A DNA stretch of 64,000 nucleotides, from the NCBI GenBank assembly GCA_031414595.1, contig JANNVX010000041.1:64001-128000 (forward strand), in the 5' to 3' direction. Each line of letters opens with the position of its first letter. Position 1 is the first letter of the stretch. The position numbers were made by a program, and so were the translations under genes. Of the stretch, positions 20,261 to 31,327 are shown one piece after another. The notes under the pieces are model-generated. The model searched no databases. It saw only the letters and a list, made by a program, of their open reading frames with translations, and was not told the DNA's origin. This stretch comes from Deinococcales bacterium. Lineage in GTDB: Bacteria; Deinococcota; Deinococci; Deinococcales; JAAFIG01.

Positions 20261-21001
20261 ATGCAAACGATTTTCTCATATCAAAAAATGCCGTACCTGA
20301 TGCTCGCAGGGGCTATCTGGCTGGTTTGGGTGTTTGGGGCAATCACCCAAACACCATTTCGTAGCTTGGCGGTGTTGATGTTTGATACTTTAGGCGCTTT
20401 TATCCTGATTCGGCTGTCAAGCAAACTGCCTGCAACCTTGCGCCCAAGTGTGCTTGGTTTGGGGGTTGCCTTGGCATTTATTACCCTTGGAGACGCGATT
20501 TTGACCTATTCGTTATTTGCTGGAATCCCTCGAGCCGATTCGAGTTTTATCCGTGACCCGCTTTATTATGCTGGTTCTCTGGTGGTGGTGATTTCTTCAA
20601 TTGCTTTTCCGTTTGCGATGCAGCGACAAGGTTTATATGCCCGCGCCCAAGCCTTAAGGTTGGTGCTTGGAAGCGTTTTTTTTGCGCTTTTTCTAACCGT
20701 GATTGTCACCTTAATCACCCAAGCCACGATTGGTAATATGGCACAATCAGCAATCAGTCAAATTATTTTCCAATTTGTGGTCTATTTACTGACTGCACTT
20801 TTTGGCAGTCAAACCGTGGTCTTAGGACGTGGGCGATTAGCCAATACCCTGCGCCAACTCTCAATCGTTTTTTTATTGGTCAGTTTAGCCAGAATCGCCA
20901 CAATTGTGATTGGTGGACAGTATTACGGCGAATTAACCTATGATTTTTTGTGGTGCGCTGGGATGAGCATGTCAGCTTGGATGATGGCAAACAGGGAGTA
21001 A
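20261..21001 (+). CDS. Hypothetical multi-pass membrane protein
   Basis: About 7 hydrophobic helices; TACACT lies 7 nt upstream of the ATG. Confidence 0.65.
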   Translation: MQTIFSYQKMPYLMLAGAIWLVWVFGAITQTPFRSLAVLMFDTLGAFILIRLSSKLPATLRPSVLGLGVALAFITLGDAILTYSLFAGIPRADSSFIRDPLYYAGSLVVVISSIAFPFAMQRQGLYARAQALRLVLGSVFFALFLTVIVTLITQATIGNMAQSAISQIIFQFVVYLLTALFGSQTVVLGRGRLANTLRQLSIVFLLVSLARIATIVIGGQYYGELTYDFLWCAGMSMSAWMMANRE

Positions 21002-21021
21002 GATTCGAGCTTTGGTCTTAT

Positions 21022-22422
21022 CTATTGTATCAACCCTGCAACTCGTGTCCAATCAAGCGAGGCTTGGACTTGAGTTGCGATTCGGTCAAGCCGTGCATCC
21101 AGTGCCTCGAGTGGTTTAGGTGAGTTTAATCCTGCACTGTTTAAGAAGGCTTCTAAAAAAGCAGGATTCTCGAGTAATCCGTGGGCATAAACACCGCGTA
21201 CATTGCCATTGCGCCAACCAATGGCTTCGCCGCCCAGTTGAAGACAAATGCTTGCCGTGCCAGAAGTTCGTCCGATATGAATTTCATAGCCATGTAATTT
21301 GGTTTTTAATTCAAGATCGGTAAATTCGGCGGCTCGAGTGATTTTGTGTGTCATAAAGCTGGTCTCAAGGTCAAGTAAACCCAGTCCTTGGCTTGTGCCT
21401 CCACCTTCGATATGTTCTGGGTCGTGGACAGTATGCCCAAGCATTTGTAGCCCACCACAAATCCCGAGAATTGGCACGCCCGCTTTGGCAGCACGGGTAA
21501 TCGCGGCGGCTAAACCAGTGGTTCGTAACCATTCAAGGTCTGCTCGGGTGCTTTTAGAACCCGGAATGATAATTGCTCGAATCTGGTCAAGGTCGTGGGG
21601 TTCTCGAGCAATCCGAAGTACATCACCAAGCGGCGCAAATTCATCAAGGTTAGCAATACGCGGCAAGCTAATCACCGCCACTGTCCCCGAGCTTTGTGAG
21701 GTTTCAAATGCCATCCCGTCTTCTTCGGGCAGTGGAATGTTTAGCATTGGTACAACCCCAAGTGTTGGTACGCCCGTGCGTTGCTCGAGCCAAGCTGGGG
21801 CTGGGGTAAGCAAACTAGCATCACCACGAAAACGGTTTAAGATAAAACCTTTGACCAGGGCTTGTTCGGCAGGGCTAAAACACTGGTATGTGCCGAGCAG
21901 ATGCGCGAAACTACCACCTCGGTCAATATCTGAAACCAGTAAGACATTGGCGTTGACCTCGAGCGCAATGCTCATATTGACAATATCCGAGGCACGCAAA
22001 TTGATTTCGGCGGGGCTACCTGCGCCTTCAATCACCAGCACGTCGTAATCGAAGGCTAAGCTATGCAAAGCGGTTTTAACAGTTTTCCATAGGTGCGCTT
22101 TGCGTTCATGCCACGGTAATGCCGATAAGTTCAGGTCAGCTTTGCCTAGCACCACCACTTGCGAGCGGGTGTCGGCTTCGGGTTTCAGCAGGACTGGATT
22201 CATCCGCACATCGGGTTCAACCCGGGCTGCCATGGCTTGGACAATTTGCGCCCTGCCCATCTCGAGACCAGCTTTGGTGACACCTGCGTTGTTACTCATG
22301 TTCTGGGCTTTGAAAGGAGCAACCCGCACGCCTTGGTTTGCCAGAATTCGGCAGATGGCAGCAGTTAAATACGATTTACCCGCCGAGGAAGTACAACCTT
22401 GAATCATCAGCATTTTAGCCAT
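21022..22422 (-). CDS. cobQ: Cobyric acid synthase
   Basis: QGCTSSAGKS, PFKAQNMSNN, EGAGSPAEINL, GICGGLQMLG and YAHG motifs. Confidence 0.93.
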   Translation of the reverse strand: MAKMLMIQGCTSSAGKSYLTAAICRILANQGVRVAPFKAQNMSNNAGVTKAGLEMGRAQIVQAMAARVEPDVRMNPVLLKPEADTRSQVVVLGKADLNLSALPWHERKAHLWKTVKTALHSLAFDYDVLVIEGAGSPAEINLRASDIVNMSIALEVNANVLLVSDIDRGGSFAHLLGTYQCFSPAEQALVKGFILNRFRGDASLLTPAPAWLEQRTGVPTLGVVPMLNIPLPEEDGMAFETSQSSGTVAVISLPRIANLDEFAPLGDVLRIAREPHDLDQIRAIIIPGSKSTRADLEWLRTTGLAAAITRAAKAGVPILGICGGLQMLGHTVHDPEHIEGGGTSQGLGLLDLETSFMTHKITRAAEFTDLELKTKLHGYEIHIGRTSGTASICLQLGGEAIGWRNGNVRGVYAHGLLENPAFLEAFLNSAGLNSPKPLEALDARLDRIATQVQASLDWTRVAGLIQ

Positions 22423-23422
22423 GCAGAACCTCTGATAATGCTTTGAGTAACTTTGTATTGGCTGGCTCGAGTTGGGTCGAGATGCGAATTCTACTCGGGT
22501 AGCCATAACTGGTGCAGTCGCGCACACGGATATTGTGTTTCAGCAGGGCTTGGGTTATTTGACTGGCATCACCAACTTCGAGCGTAAAAAAGGGCAAGCC
22601 CGTAAAATGCACACTGCAAATTTTCGCCAGTTGACCACTCAATTGCTGACTTAACCCAAGCAATTTGGGAATGGTTTTGGTCAGATAATCTTGGGCGTTT
22701 GGTAATGCCTCAAACGCTGCGGCTGTGGCACTAGGCAGTACCCAAGCAGGGGCTAGATTCTCCAAGTGCAAGGCGGTATTTGGTGCAGCAAGCGCATAAC
22801 TTAAACGTAGCCCAACCAACCCGTGGGCTTTACCGGGCGATAAGACCCGAATGATACTCGGATGCTCGATTGGCAAAAGTTGTGGCGCAAAAGGTGCATA
22901 GGCTTGGTCGAGAATGAAATGTGCATGGTGTTGTTCGCACCATGTCGCAAGCTCGAGCAACAAGGGGGGTTCAAGACAGTTTCCAAGTGGATTATTGGGG
23001 CTGGAAGCGTAAACCAAACGCGGCTTTAGTTGCTCGAGGGTCAACCAAGCATTTTCTGGCTTACAGACTGTTAAGGCGCAACGCTCGAGTGCCACAGCGC
23101 GGGCAAATTCTCCAAAGGGCGGCAGTACCGAAACCACATCTTGATCAGGTTCTAGCCAAACTCGGGCAATGCGTTGCAGAATTTCGGAAGCCCCAACGCC
23201 AAGAATTATACTGTCTGGCTGGCAACCATGAAACCCTGCCAAAGCCGCTTTTAGGTTGCTGTAATTCGGGTCTGGGTAAGCCTCGAGGTTGGCGGTTCGG
23301 GCTACGAATAGCAAAACAGGGTTTGCTCCAAATGGATTGGTATTGACACTAAAATCTATGCTTGTAAAGCCAGTCTGGTTTGCGCCACCGTGCTTGGCGG
23401 GGGCTAATAATGGGTATTTCAA
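22415..23422 (-). CDS. PLP-dependent threonine-phosphate decarboxylase-like protein (CobD/CobC family)
   Basis: HGG, DFSVNTNP, PNNPLG, DQAY, SPGK.HGL.GLR and RDC motifs; cob operon context; TTG start overlaps the cbiB stop. Confidence 0.8.
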   Translation of the reverse strand: MKYPLLAPAKHGGANQTGFTSIDFSVNTNPFGANPVLLFVARTANLEAYPDPNYSNLKAALAGFHGCQPDSIILGVGASEILQRIARVWLEPDQDVVSVLPPFGEFARAVALERCALTVCKPENAWLTLEQLKPRLVYASSPNNPLGNCLEPPLLLELATWCEQHHAHFILDQAYAPFAPQLLPIEHPSIIRVLSPGKAHGLVGLRLSYALAAPNTALHLENLAPAWVLPSATAAAFEALPNAQDYLTKTIPKLLGLSQQLSGQLAKICSVHFTGLPFFTLEVGDASQITQALLKHNIRVRDCTSYGYPSRIRISTQLEPANTKLLKALSEVLHG

Positions 23423-24313
23423 GAAAGTACCTCGAGCAGTACACAACACCCTAAAAAAATCAGTAAGGCTTGTTTTGCCAATGTCTTTGCCCTTGAAATA
23501 TCGGTCAGTATTGGCGCTCGAGCCTCGGCATTTAGGGCATACAAATTGCGTTTCTCAAGCCGAATTGCCAATGCACCCGCACCCGCCGCCATTGGAATTC
23601 CGGCGTTTGGGCTACTGGTTTGCAGTCCGTCACGCAGCATGATGCGCCACGCTACCAAGTTCAAAGCCGCTAAGCATCCCCCAGTGACTCGGGCTGGAAT
23701 TAGATTGAGTAAATCATCGGCTCGAGCCGCTATTTTGCCCGAATATAGAAATGCTGGAGTACGGTAGCCCCACATCGCGTCGGCAGTATTGGCAAATCGG
23801 TACAAGGCTGCCAGTGGTAAACCACTAATTAAAAAACAAAGTATTGGGGCAATCAAAGCATCAGATAGATTCTCGAATAAACTCTCGATGCTCGCCCCAA
23901 TCACTTCGTCCTCGCGCAATTGGCTTGTGTCCCGACTGACCAAATGCCATGCCAGCATTTTACGAGCATTTTCCAGTAAGCCCAGTTCAAGTGGGTGCTG
24001 AACGGCTCGCACGGCTGCAAATAAAGACTTGAGACTGAGCATTGGTTTAAGCAGTAAAACCGTGCCAAATACCTCGAGCCAAGCTTGGGAGTAAACGCAG
24101 TAAATTTGAAACCATCAAAGCAAGACCAAAGACACTTATCGCCCCAAGTAACCACCATCCGCCGCCCTCGAGCAACTGGGTCTTAGGGCTGCTTGCCCTC
24201 CAGCGCGAACGAGCAAATTTTAGATAATCACCCATCCAGACCACCGCATGAAAACGCACTGGCGGTTCACCAAAAATCAGGTCTAGCAGTAAGGTCAAAG
24301 TAACAATCAGCAT
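23419..24313 (-). pseudogene. cbiB: Adenosylcobinamide-phosphate synthase, frameshifted
   Basis: LDLIFGEP..HAVVWMG N-terminus; ESLFEN, YRFANTADAMWGY and SPNAG C-terminus. A frameshift near 24082 restores WLEVFGTVLLLKPML. Confidence 0.85.
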
Positions 24314-24314
24314 T

Positions 24315-24932
24315 TCAATGTTCGATACCCGCTTGGGCTTCTATACCACGCTGATAAGCGTGTTTAATAAGCTGCATTTCGGTTACGGTGTCGGCGATTT
24401 CAAGCAGTTCAGGCAGCGCATTGCGTCCAGTAATGACAATGTGCAATCTTGGGTCTCGAGCCAGCAGCACCGCCTGTACTTCTAGCCAATCAACCCAACC
24501 GTAACTCAGGGTATAAGTGAATTCGTCCAGCACAATTAAGTCCCACTGCATGGATTCTATTGCGGCTTTAACCTCGAGCCAACCAGCTTGTGCCATTGCC
24601 TCGGACTGGTCTAAATCCTTGGAACGCCAAGTAAACCCGTCCCCTAAACCCTGAAAAGCCAAACCCAGTTATGTCAGTTGCCGATGCTCGCCAAACATCG
24701 CGTTTTCATGCTTTAAGAACTGAAATAATTTAACTTTCAGTCCACGCCCAGAAGCCCGTAACATCTGCCCAAGTGCGGCTGTACTTTTGCCTTTGCCGTT
24801 GCCCGTGTTGACCATTAGCAGCCCGTGCCGCCGCTCGCCGCTCGGCATTTTAGGGTTGGCTTTTTTCTGCGCCTCGTACTCGAGTTTTTGAGCTTCTAAA
24901 GCACTCCGAGCCGCTTTTTTATCTACCATCAT
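24315..24932 (-). pseudogene. cobO: Cob(I)yrinic acid a,c-diamide adenosyltransferase with in-frame TAA
   Basis: [22 protein letters not shown] and TGR motifs; a single TAA at 24669-24671 (EHRQLT*LGLAFQG). Confidence 0.88.
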
Positions 24933-25963
24933 AAGCCTCCTTTTCGCATCAGCCATAAGAAAAAAGGTCCTCCAAGCAGGGTTGTAACAATCCCCACCGG
25001 TAATTCCCCAGGGCGAATCAGGGTTCTTGCCCCTAAATCCGAGAGCAACAACAAACTCGAGCCAGCCAGTGCCGAAGCAATTATTAACGGACGATGCGAT
25101 GCGCCACACAAACGGCGCATGATGTGCGGCGCAACCAAGCCCACAAAACCAATAATTCCAGCAAAACTGACGGCGGCGGCTGTCATTAGACTGGCAGCAG
25201 CAATCACCGCGATTTTAAGCCATAAGACCCGAATACCAAGGGTTTGGGCTGTGTCCTCACCGAGTTGCAGGGCATCTAAGGGTTTTGCCAAAAGCAGCAA
25301 CAACCCCAGACCCAATAAGGCAATTGGCAACACCACCAGCACTTCAGACCAACCCGCTAATGCCAAGTTGCCCAGTGTCCAAGAAAATACGGCGCGTAAT
25401 CTATCGGCATCAAAGAGTTGAATATAAGTGGTAATAGCCGTAATCATGCTGCCAATCACCACACCTGATAAAATTAAAGCATTACGACTGCTTTTGGCTG
25501 TGCCAGATAGTAAAATAGTTAAAGTCACAGCCAGCATTGCCCCAAAAAAAGCAAAGATTGGCACTAGCCCACTGCCAGCCGCCCTTGCCGAAAAAAGCGC
25601 AGGAGCAAAGGCTGGGGCAGCACTCGAGGTTAAAAAAATTGCGACTGTTGCCCCAAAAGCCGCGCCGCTTGCTACGCCCACAAGGTATGGGTCGGCTAAT
25701 GGATTTTGAAACACGCCCTGCATGGCGACCCCACTGGCGGCTAGGGTTGCCCCGACCAGAATTGCAAAAACCACCCGAGGCAGCCGTAAATTCCAGACGA
25801 TGGCTTCTAAACCCTCGAGTGACTGTCCGCTTAAACCTTTTTGAATGGCATTCCATGTCTGGCTTGGGGTAATCTCGAGTGTGCCATTAGAAACAGCCAA
25901 CAAAACCGCCAGCAGCAGCAAGCCAAAAGCAGCCAGTATCATCAGGCTCGGGCGGTGATTCAT
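24929..25963 (-). CDS. btuC: Cobalamin ABC permease (FecCD family)
   Basis: [21 protein letters not shown] and ELPVG motifs; lies downstream of the B12 riboswitch. Confidence 0.85.
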   Translation of the reverse strand: MNHRPSLMILAAFGLLLLAVLLAVSNGTLEITPSQTWNAIQKGLSGQSLEGLEAIVWNLRLPRVVFAILVGATLAASGVAMQGVFQNPLADPYLVGVASGAAFGATVAIFLTSSAAPAFAPALFSARAAGSGLVPIFAFFGAMLAVTLTILLSGTAKSSRNALILSGVVIGSMITAITTYIQLFDADRLRAVFSWTLGNLALAGWSEVLVVLPIALLGLGLLLLLAKPLDALQLGEDTAQTLGIRVLWLKIAVIAAASLMTAAAVSFAGIIGFVGLVAPHIMRRLCGASHRPLIIASALAGSSLLLLSDLGARTLIRPGELPVGIVTTLLGGPFFLWLMRKGGL

Positions 25964-26836
25964 TTAGAACTTGATGTCTGGATGTAAAAAGCGCACAAGG
26001 ACTTTAAGTGCCACAGGTAAACGTGGACCAGGACGAACAATCGCATCGTTTTCCTCAGAGGTTGCGCGGTAAACACGGTTATTTTTGACCGCCGCGATAG
26101 TTGCCCAACCTGGACGAAGCAGCAAATCCTCGAGCTTTGCGCCAATAATCACACTTGGGTTGCTGCTGACCACAATTTCTGGACTGATTTTTGGAAATGC
26201 CCCAAGTGTAGCTGGCAAAATGTTTATCCCACCGGCTCGAGACAACATCTCGCCAATAAAACTGCTTGGTCCTGCGGCGTATGGGGTTGGATCAACTTCA
26301 AAGTAAGCACTGACCCTTGGACGACCAGCTATTTTTGCGGCAATACTGTTGATTTCGCTTCGCATACCCGTAATTAAACGCAAAGAATTGGCTTCACGAT
26401 TGACCATCCGCCCAAGCGCCGCGATTTTCTCAAAGGTCTCGAGGTACGTTTGTGCCGAAGCGCCGTAGACCGTAATCCCCAGCTTCTCGAGGCTGGAGAC
26501 CAATTTAGAACTGGTGCTTTCGTCGGCTAAAACTAAATCGGGTTTGAGGGCTGCGATTGCCTCGAGATTCGGTACAAAACCACTGCCAACTTTTTGGATT
26601 TTACTGGTCTCGAGTTTTGGATAATTGCTATATTCGTCTATGCCGACCAATTTAGCCCCAGCCCCAAGTGCAAAAAGTGTTTCGGTGTGGCTCGGCAGCA
26701 TCGCAATAATTCGTTTTGGTTCGGATTTTAAGGTGATGCTGCGCCCCAAATCATCGGTGATACTAAGCGGGTAGGAACTGGCAAGAGAAGACGAGAACAA
26801 GCAAGCAACAAGGAAAACAACTAATTTCTTCAACAT
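25964..26836 (-). CDS. btuF: Cobalamin-binding periplasmic protein
   Basis: Signal peptide; PKRII, PSHTE and RPGPR motifs; riboswitch context. Confidence 0.85.
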   Translation of the reverse strand: MLKKLVVFLVACLFSSSLASSYPLSITDDLGRSITLKSEPKRIIAMLPSHTETLFALGAGAKLVGIDEYSNYPKLETSKIQKVGSGFVPNLEAIAALKPDLVLADESTSSKLVSSLEKLGITVYGASAQTYLETFEKIAALGRMVNREANSLRLITGMRSEINSIAAKIAGRPRVSAYFEVDPTPYAAGPSSFIGEMLSRAGGINILPATLGAFPKISPEIVVSSNPSVIIGAKLEDLLLRPGWATIAAVKNNRVYRATSEENDAIVRPGPRLPVALKVLVRFLHPDIKF

Positions 26837-26965
26837 AAAAACCTCTAACAAGAAGGCGAAAAACACAAAAAGACGCACTGGAAACACCAGAACGTCAACC
26901 TATAAAAACTCAAATACCATAAAAACGCCCCCTTTCTCTCGAGAGGTGAACCCAAAAGGTTCAGA

Positions 26966-27078
26966 TTTGGCAGGCATTCGGGCTTATGAACAAATCAATT
27001 ACCGTTGCGGAACAGCGCTGGAATTGCACCAGCTTCCCCATTTTTATCTCGAGATTACGCACCTCGAGAACCAAACGG
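26966..27078 (-). promoter_or_regulatory. Cobalamin riboswitch
   Basis: Minus strand GGGAAGCTGGTGCAATTCCAGCGCTGTTCCGCAACGGTAA...AAGCCCGAATGCCTGCC (core plus B12 box), upstream of btuF. Confidence 0.92.
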
Positions 27079-27160
27079 GTGCAGTCTACACTTTTTAGGT
27101 ACATCAGTGCGTTCATGTGACGGTACATCTTGACCACTTGTGCAGGATTACACTAAGTCC

Positions 27161-28255
27161 ATGAATGCCTCAGACCAAGACCTCGAGAAAGCCCTGACTG
27201 GATTGCGTCTCGAGAACCATGAATTGCTGGCACTGTACGACGCACCTTTGCCAGACCTTGCCAGTGTTGCCCATCAGTTGCGCCTGAAACGCACTTTGGG
27301 TGATACAGTCACCTATTTGATTGACCGCAATATCAATTACACCAATATTTGCAATGTCGGTTGTAATTTTTGTGCTTTTTATCGCACCCCACGACAAGGC
27401 GACGCGTACACTTTAACTTTTGAACAAATCTCCGAGAAAGTTGCGGAACTCGAGGCAATAGGCGGCACACGGATTCTGCTCCAAGGTGGGGTCAATCCAG
27501 CCCTGCCATTTGACTGGTATCTCGAGATGTTACGTTTTTTGAAAACCCATCACCCAAGCATTAAACTTGATGCCTTTAGCCCCGAGGAAATTTTAGGACT
27601 CGAGAAAATCACGGGTTTAGATGCTTTAGCAATCATCACCCAAATGAAAGAAGCTGGCTTAGACGGTTTACCCGGCGCGGGTGGTGAAATTCTCGAGGAT
27701 GAAGTGCGACTAGAAGCTGCTCCAGCCCGAATTCCCAGTGCTGATTGGTTTAGAATTTTAGATGTTGCCCAGAGCCTCGGCTTGTATACGATTTCGACCA
27801 TGGTAATCGGTTTTGGTGAAACCATGCAGCACCGTGTTAATCATCTTCTAAAAATTCGCGCTCAACAAGATAAAGCGCTACTTGAATACGGTAATGGCTT
27901 TAGTGGTTTTGCGATGTGGACATTACAAACCGAACACACCAGACTGTATGGCAAAGCCCCCGGCGCAAGCGCCCATGAATACCTCAAAAACTTGGCGGTC
28001 TCGAGAATTGCCCTCGATAACATTGTCAACATCCAAGTTAGCTGGCCCACGCTCGGATTTAAGGTCGGACAAGTCGGATTGTTTTACGGCGCAAATGACT
28101 TTGGCAGCACAATGATGGAAGAGAACGTGGTTTCCCAAGCTGGTGGACATGACCGTGTGCGTGTCACTGAAAAAGAAATTATCAGGCATATTTCGGACGC
28201 AGGTTTTAAGGCAGCCCAGCGCAACTCGAGATTCCAGATTTTGAAAGAGCTTTGA
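27161..28255 (+). CDS. mqnC: Cyclic dehypoxanthinyl futalosine synthase (radical SAM)
   Basis: IDRNINYTNICNVGCNFCAF, LLQGG and GANDFGSTMMEENVVSQAG motifs. Confidence 0.92.
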   Translation: MNASDQDLEKALTGLRLENHELLALYDAPLPDLASVAHQLRLKRTLGDTVTYLIDRNINYTNICNVGCNFCAFYRTPRQGDAYTLTFEQISEKVAELEAIGGTRILLQGGVNPALPFDWYLEMLRFLKTHHPSIKLDAFSPEEILGLEKITGLDALAIITQMKEAGLDGLPGAGGEILEDEVRLEAAPARIPSADWFRILDVAQSLGLYTISTMVIGFGETMQHRVNHLLKIRAQQDKALLEYGNGFSGFAMWTLQTEHTRLYGKAPGASAHEYLKNLAVSRIALDNIVNIQVSWPTLGFKVGQVGLFYGANDFGSTMMEENVVSQAGGHDRVRVTEKEIIRHISDAGFKAAQRNSRFQILKEL

Positions 28256-28278
28256 GCTATGGGCTATGAGCTTTGAGG
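28248..28278. repeat. Heptamer tandem repeat (GAGCTAT/GAGCTTT)
   Basis: agctttgagctatgggctatgagctttgag; related runs at about 47092-47124 (reverse) and 54316-54331. Confidence 0.55.
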
Positions 28279-28310
28279 CAATTCGTTTTTCACAGGATTC
28301 TCGAGGGATT

Positions 28311-28766
28311 ATGGACATTAGAATTGATGATTTAAGTGGGACAGAAATTGCGGCACTGCTCGAGGAACACATTGCCGATATGCGCCGCATTTCGCCACCA
28401 GAAAGTAAACATGCGCTTGACCTAAACGGTTTACGCCAGCCAGAAATTACCTTCTGGACAATCTGGGATAATGGGTTAGCAGGTTGTGGAGCGCTAAAAG
28501 AACTAAGCAGCACCCACGGCGAAATTAAGTCTATGCGAACTGCCCAAACACACCGAAGGAAAGGTGTGGCGGCTAAAATGCTTGGTCATTTAATCGAAGA
28601 AGCCACGCGGCGCAAGTACACCAAACTCAGTTTGGAAACGGGTTCGATGCCGTTTTTTGCGCCTGCTCGAGAACTTTATAAAGGTTTTGGATTTATCGAA
28701 AGCCACGCCTTTGGCAGTTACTCCGATGACCCCAACAGTGTTTTTATGACAAAGGCACTTGAGTAG
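28311..28766 (+). CDS. GNAT N-acetyltransferase (YedL-like)
   Basis: [24 protein letters not shown] and SLETG motifs. Confidence 0.9.
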   Translation: MDIRIDDLSGTEIAALLEEHIADMRRISPPESKHALDLNGLRQPEITFWTIWDNGLAGCGALKELSSTHGEIKSMRTAQTHRRKGVAAKMLGHLIEEATRRKYTKLSLETGSMPFFAPARELYKGFGFIESHAFGSYSDDPNSVFMTKALE

Positions 28767-29640
28767 CCTCGAATTTTCTTGAAGGCTGCACAAACTCGTC
28801 CTGCGCCGCAATCAACTGAATTTCTCGAGTCCCCAAAGTGTGGGTTAATAGAAGTAAATTGTATAGCGCACTGCCAGCCTTCTCGAGGGCAGTTTTGACA
28901 TTTTTTGTTTTCAAGTAATGCCCTAAAAAAAGCGCCGCAATACAATCGCCTGTGCCGTTGCGTGGTGGGTCAAGCGGGATTTTTGGAGTCTCGAGCAACC
29001 ATGCCCCATCACTTGAAACCGCCAGAACTTCGATGCTGCTTGTTAAACGCTCCAAACTTGTGACCAGCACAATTGCACCTTTGGGCATTTTTGAACGCAG
29101 GGTTTGAGCCGCAAAAACAGCCTCCTCGAGCGTTTGAATTTTTATTCCCGTCAACAACTCGAGTTCAAATTGATTTGGCGTGAGAATATCGGCTTGGGGG
29201 ACAACCGTTTCACGGATTAAATCTGGTAATTCAGGGCGGACAAAAATGCCGCGTCCAACATCGCCCATGACGGGATCACAACAAAAAAGGGCTTTGGGGT
29301 TGGCAGCACGAACTTTTTGCACCGCTTTGAGAATCGCATTGGCGGTGTCTGGCGCTCCCATATACCCAGAAAGCACCGCCGCACAATCTGGCAAGACTCC
29401 ACGGTCGGCGATGCCCTGAACCAAGGCTTGGGTTTGTTCGGCTGGAAAAACCTGTCCAGTCCAAGCGCCGTACCCTGTGTGATTACTAAACTGCACCGTA
29501 TGGACTGCCCAGACTTCAAAACCGAGGCGTTGCAATGGAAAAACTGCCGCCGCATTGCCCGCATGACCATAGGCAACCCAGCTTTGAATGGACAAAATGT
29601 TTAGCGGAAGCATCATGCCACTGCTAGTTTGCGACATCAT
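28744..29640 (-). CDS. pdxY: Pyridoxal kinase
   Basis: [33 protein letters not shown] and GTGD motifs. Confidence 0.92.
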   Translation of the reverse strand: MMSQTSSGMMLPLNILSIQSWVAYGHAGNAAAVFPLQRLGFEVWAVHTVQFSNHTGYGAWTGQVFPAEQTQALVQGIADRGVLPDCAAVLSGYMGAPDTANAILKAVQKVRAANPKALFCCDPVMGDVGRGIFVRPELPDLIRETVVPQADILTPNQFELELLTGIKIQTLEEAVFAAQTLRSKMPKGAIVLVTSLERLTSSIEVLAVSSDGAWLLETPKIPLDPPRNGTGDCIAALFLGHYLKTKNVKTALEKAGSALYNLLLLTHTLGTREIQLIAAQDEFVQPSRKFEATQVPLS

Positions 29641-30101
29641 GCCACCATTGGTTTACTGGTTTTACCGCTTAAGCTCCTGAACCTCGAGACGGCATTGACA
29701 TCTTCGGCTAACTCGAGCATATCAAGGTAAATATCATCAGCATAATACGCCAGCGCCGTTAGTCCTTCGGCAAAGACTTCGTAACGCAGTGCCGAAACTG
29801 GTAGTTCTACAGTTAAAGTCACATCTTCGTCTTCATCGAGGACAAACTTGGCAAGGTTCATTTCCCGGTTAAAATGCAGCATCGCTTCCATCGTATGCAC
29901 CCGAGTTTTCTCGAGTTCAGGGGCTGGCACAAATGGCGAGATGGTCATGTACAACCACGCCTCGGTCAAGCGCATGTAAATGGTAAAAAAACCATTTTCG
30001 CCCTTAAAACCTGTGCGCCAGACACCATCACCAATGGTTTCAAAGCTCCAGCCGTATTCGCCAAAGAATTTTTCTACTGTTTGAGGTTTGACTTCCGTCA
30101 C
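29637..30101 (-). CDS. YbjN domain protein
   Basis: [13 protein letters not shown] resembles the YbjN family. The GTG start 7 nt after TAGAAT is uncertain. Confidence 0.6.
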   Translation of the reverse strand: MTEVKPQTVEKFFGEYGWSFETIGDGVWRTGFKGENGFFTIYMRLTEAWLYMTISPFVPAPELEKTRVHTMEAMLHFNREMNLAKFVLDEDEDVTLTVELPVSALRYEVFAEGLTALAYYADDIYLDMLELAEDVNAVSRFRSLSGKTSKPMVA

Positions 30102-30154
30102 GCCTTGTATTCTAACCTTGTTGCCCAATAAGTCATGCGCCAAATGTCCAAGGT

Positions 30155-31228
30155 TTAACCAAGTACATTCGCCAAGCGTTTCATGCCTTGGTCTATTTCG
30201 TCAAAAGTCAGCGCACAAAATGGCAAACGCAAGAAGTTATTGCCGTCAGTTGGATTGACAAAAAAACCCCGTCCGTCGGTTAGTGCTAAGCCCGCACCTG
30301 CGGCTCTGGCAAGAACATCGCTGATACTCGAGCCGCTTGGTAAACGAATGGATAAGAAAAAACCACCTTCGGGTTCGTAGAAGTCGGTCAGACCATTAGC
30401 CCTAAGTGCCGTTGCCATGCGTTCTAAACGCGGGGCGTATAAGGCGCGTAAACGCTCGAGTTGCGGTTCTAAATGACCTTGCCGTAAGAATTCAAAAACC
30501 GTGGCTTGCCCCAAGAACGCCCCAGAAATATAGGTATCGTTGGCAGCTTTGGCAAGTTTTGCCAGCCATAGTTTATCGCCAACCAGTGTTCCAACCCGTA
30601 CTCCGGGCGAAATTTGTTTGGTGTACGAACTCATCTGCATGACTCGAGTCGGATTCAACTCAAATAAACTGGGGATATTGATGCCTTTGTAGCGCAAGGG
30701 GCGGTACGGCGCATCCTCGAGAATCATAAAGTCATGGGCTTGGGCTAGTTCTAACACTGCTTGGCGTTTTTCTAGGCTCATGGTTGCCCCACTTGGGTTT
30801 TGAAAATCGGCAATTAAGTACACCAGACTTGGTTTGTGGGTTTCCACGGCTTTTTTGAAGGCTTCGAGATTCACGCCGTCATTCTCGAGTGGGACTAAGA
30901 CAATGTTGACCCCGTGGCGTTTTAAGAGCGTGATGGTACGGTCATAGGTTGGCGATTCAACCAGTACGGTTGCACCAGTGGGCAGAATCAAACCCAGCAA
31001 ATCCACAAACGATAAACTGCCGTTGCCAATCAGCACTTGGTCGGGGCTGACTCCGTTCTGAACGGCTAAAAGTTCACGAAGCGGCGTAAAACCATAGCCA
31101 GTCCCATAACGCATTGCCTCGAGTGCCAGTTTCGGGTCTTGCATCACGGCGGCAGCACATTCGCGTACCAACTCGAGCGGATAGGATTCATCGGCGGGAA
31201 CACCACGGGTCAGTTGAATCGTTTGCAT
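30155..31228 (-). CDS. PLP-dependent aminotransferase class I (2-aminoadipate transaminase-like)
   Basis: DFQNPSG, EDAPY and SSYTKQISPGVRVG motifs. Confidence 0.88.
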   Translation of the reverse strand: MQTIQLTRGVPADESYPLELVRECAAAVMQDPKLALEAMRYGTGYGFTPLRELLAVQNGVSPDQVLIGNGSLSFVDLLGLILPTGATVLVESPTYDRTITLLKRHGVNIVLVPLENDGVNLEAFKKAVETHKPSLVYLIADFQNPSGATMSLEKRQAVLELAQAHDFMILEDAPYRPLRYKGINIPSLFELNPTRVMQMSSYTKQISPGVRVGTLVGDKLWLAKLAKAANDTYISGAFLGQATVFEFLRQGHLEPQLERLRALYAPRLERMATALRANGLTDFYEPEGGFFLSIRLPSGSSISDVLARAAGAGLALTDGRGFFVNPTDGNNFLRLPFCALTFDEIDQGMKRLANVLG

Positions 31229-31327
31229 ACAATTGGGATGCTAACATTTACCTCTGAGAATCGTTCACTAGAGCCCCCGAAAAGTCCAGATTCTTAGGCA
31301 GACCAGTGCATCACAAACCAGAAAATC

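Noticed and set aside
21299-22048. Long antisense ORFs (also 10832-11533 and 27923-28513)
   Set aside because: They lie opposite well-supported genes and carry no recognisable motifs.
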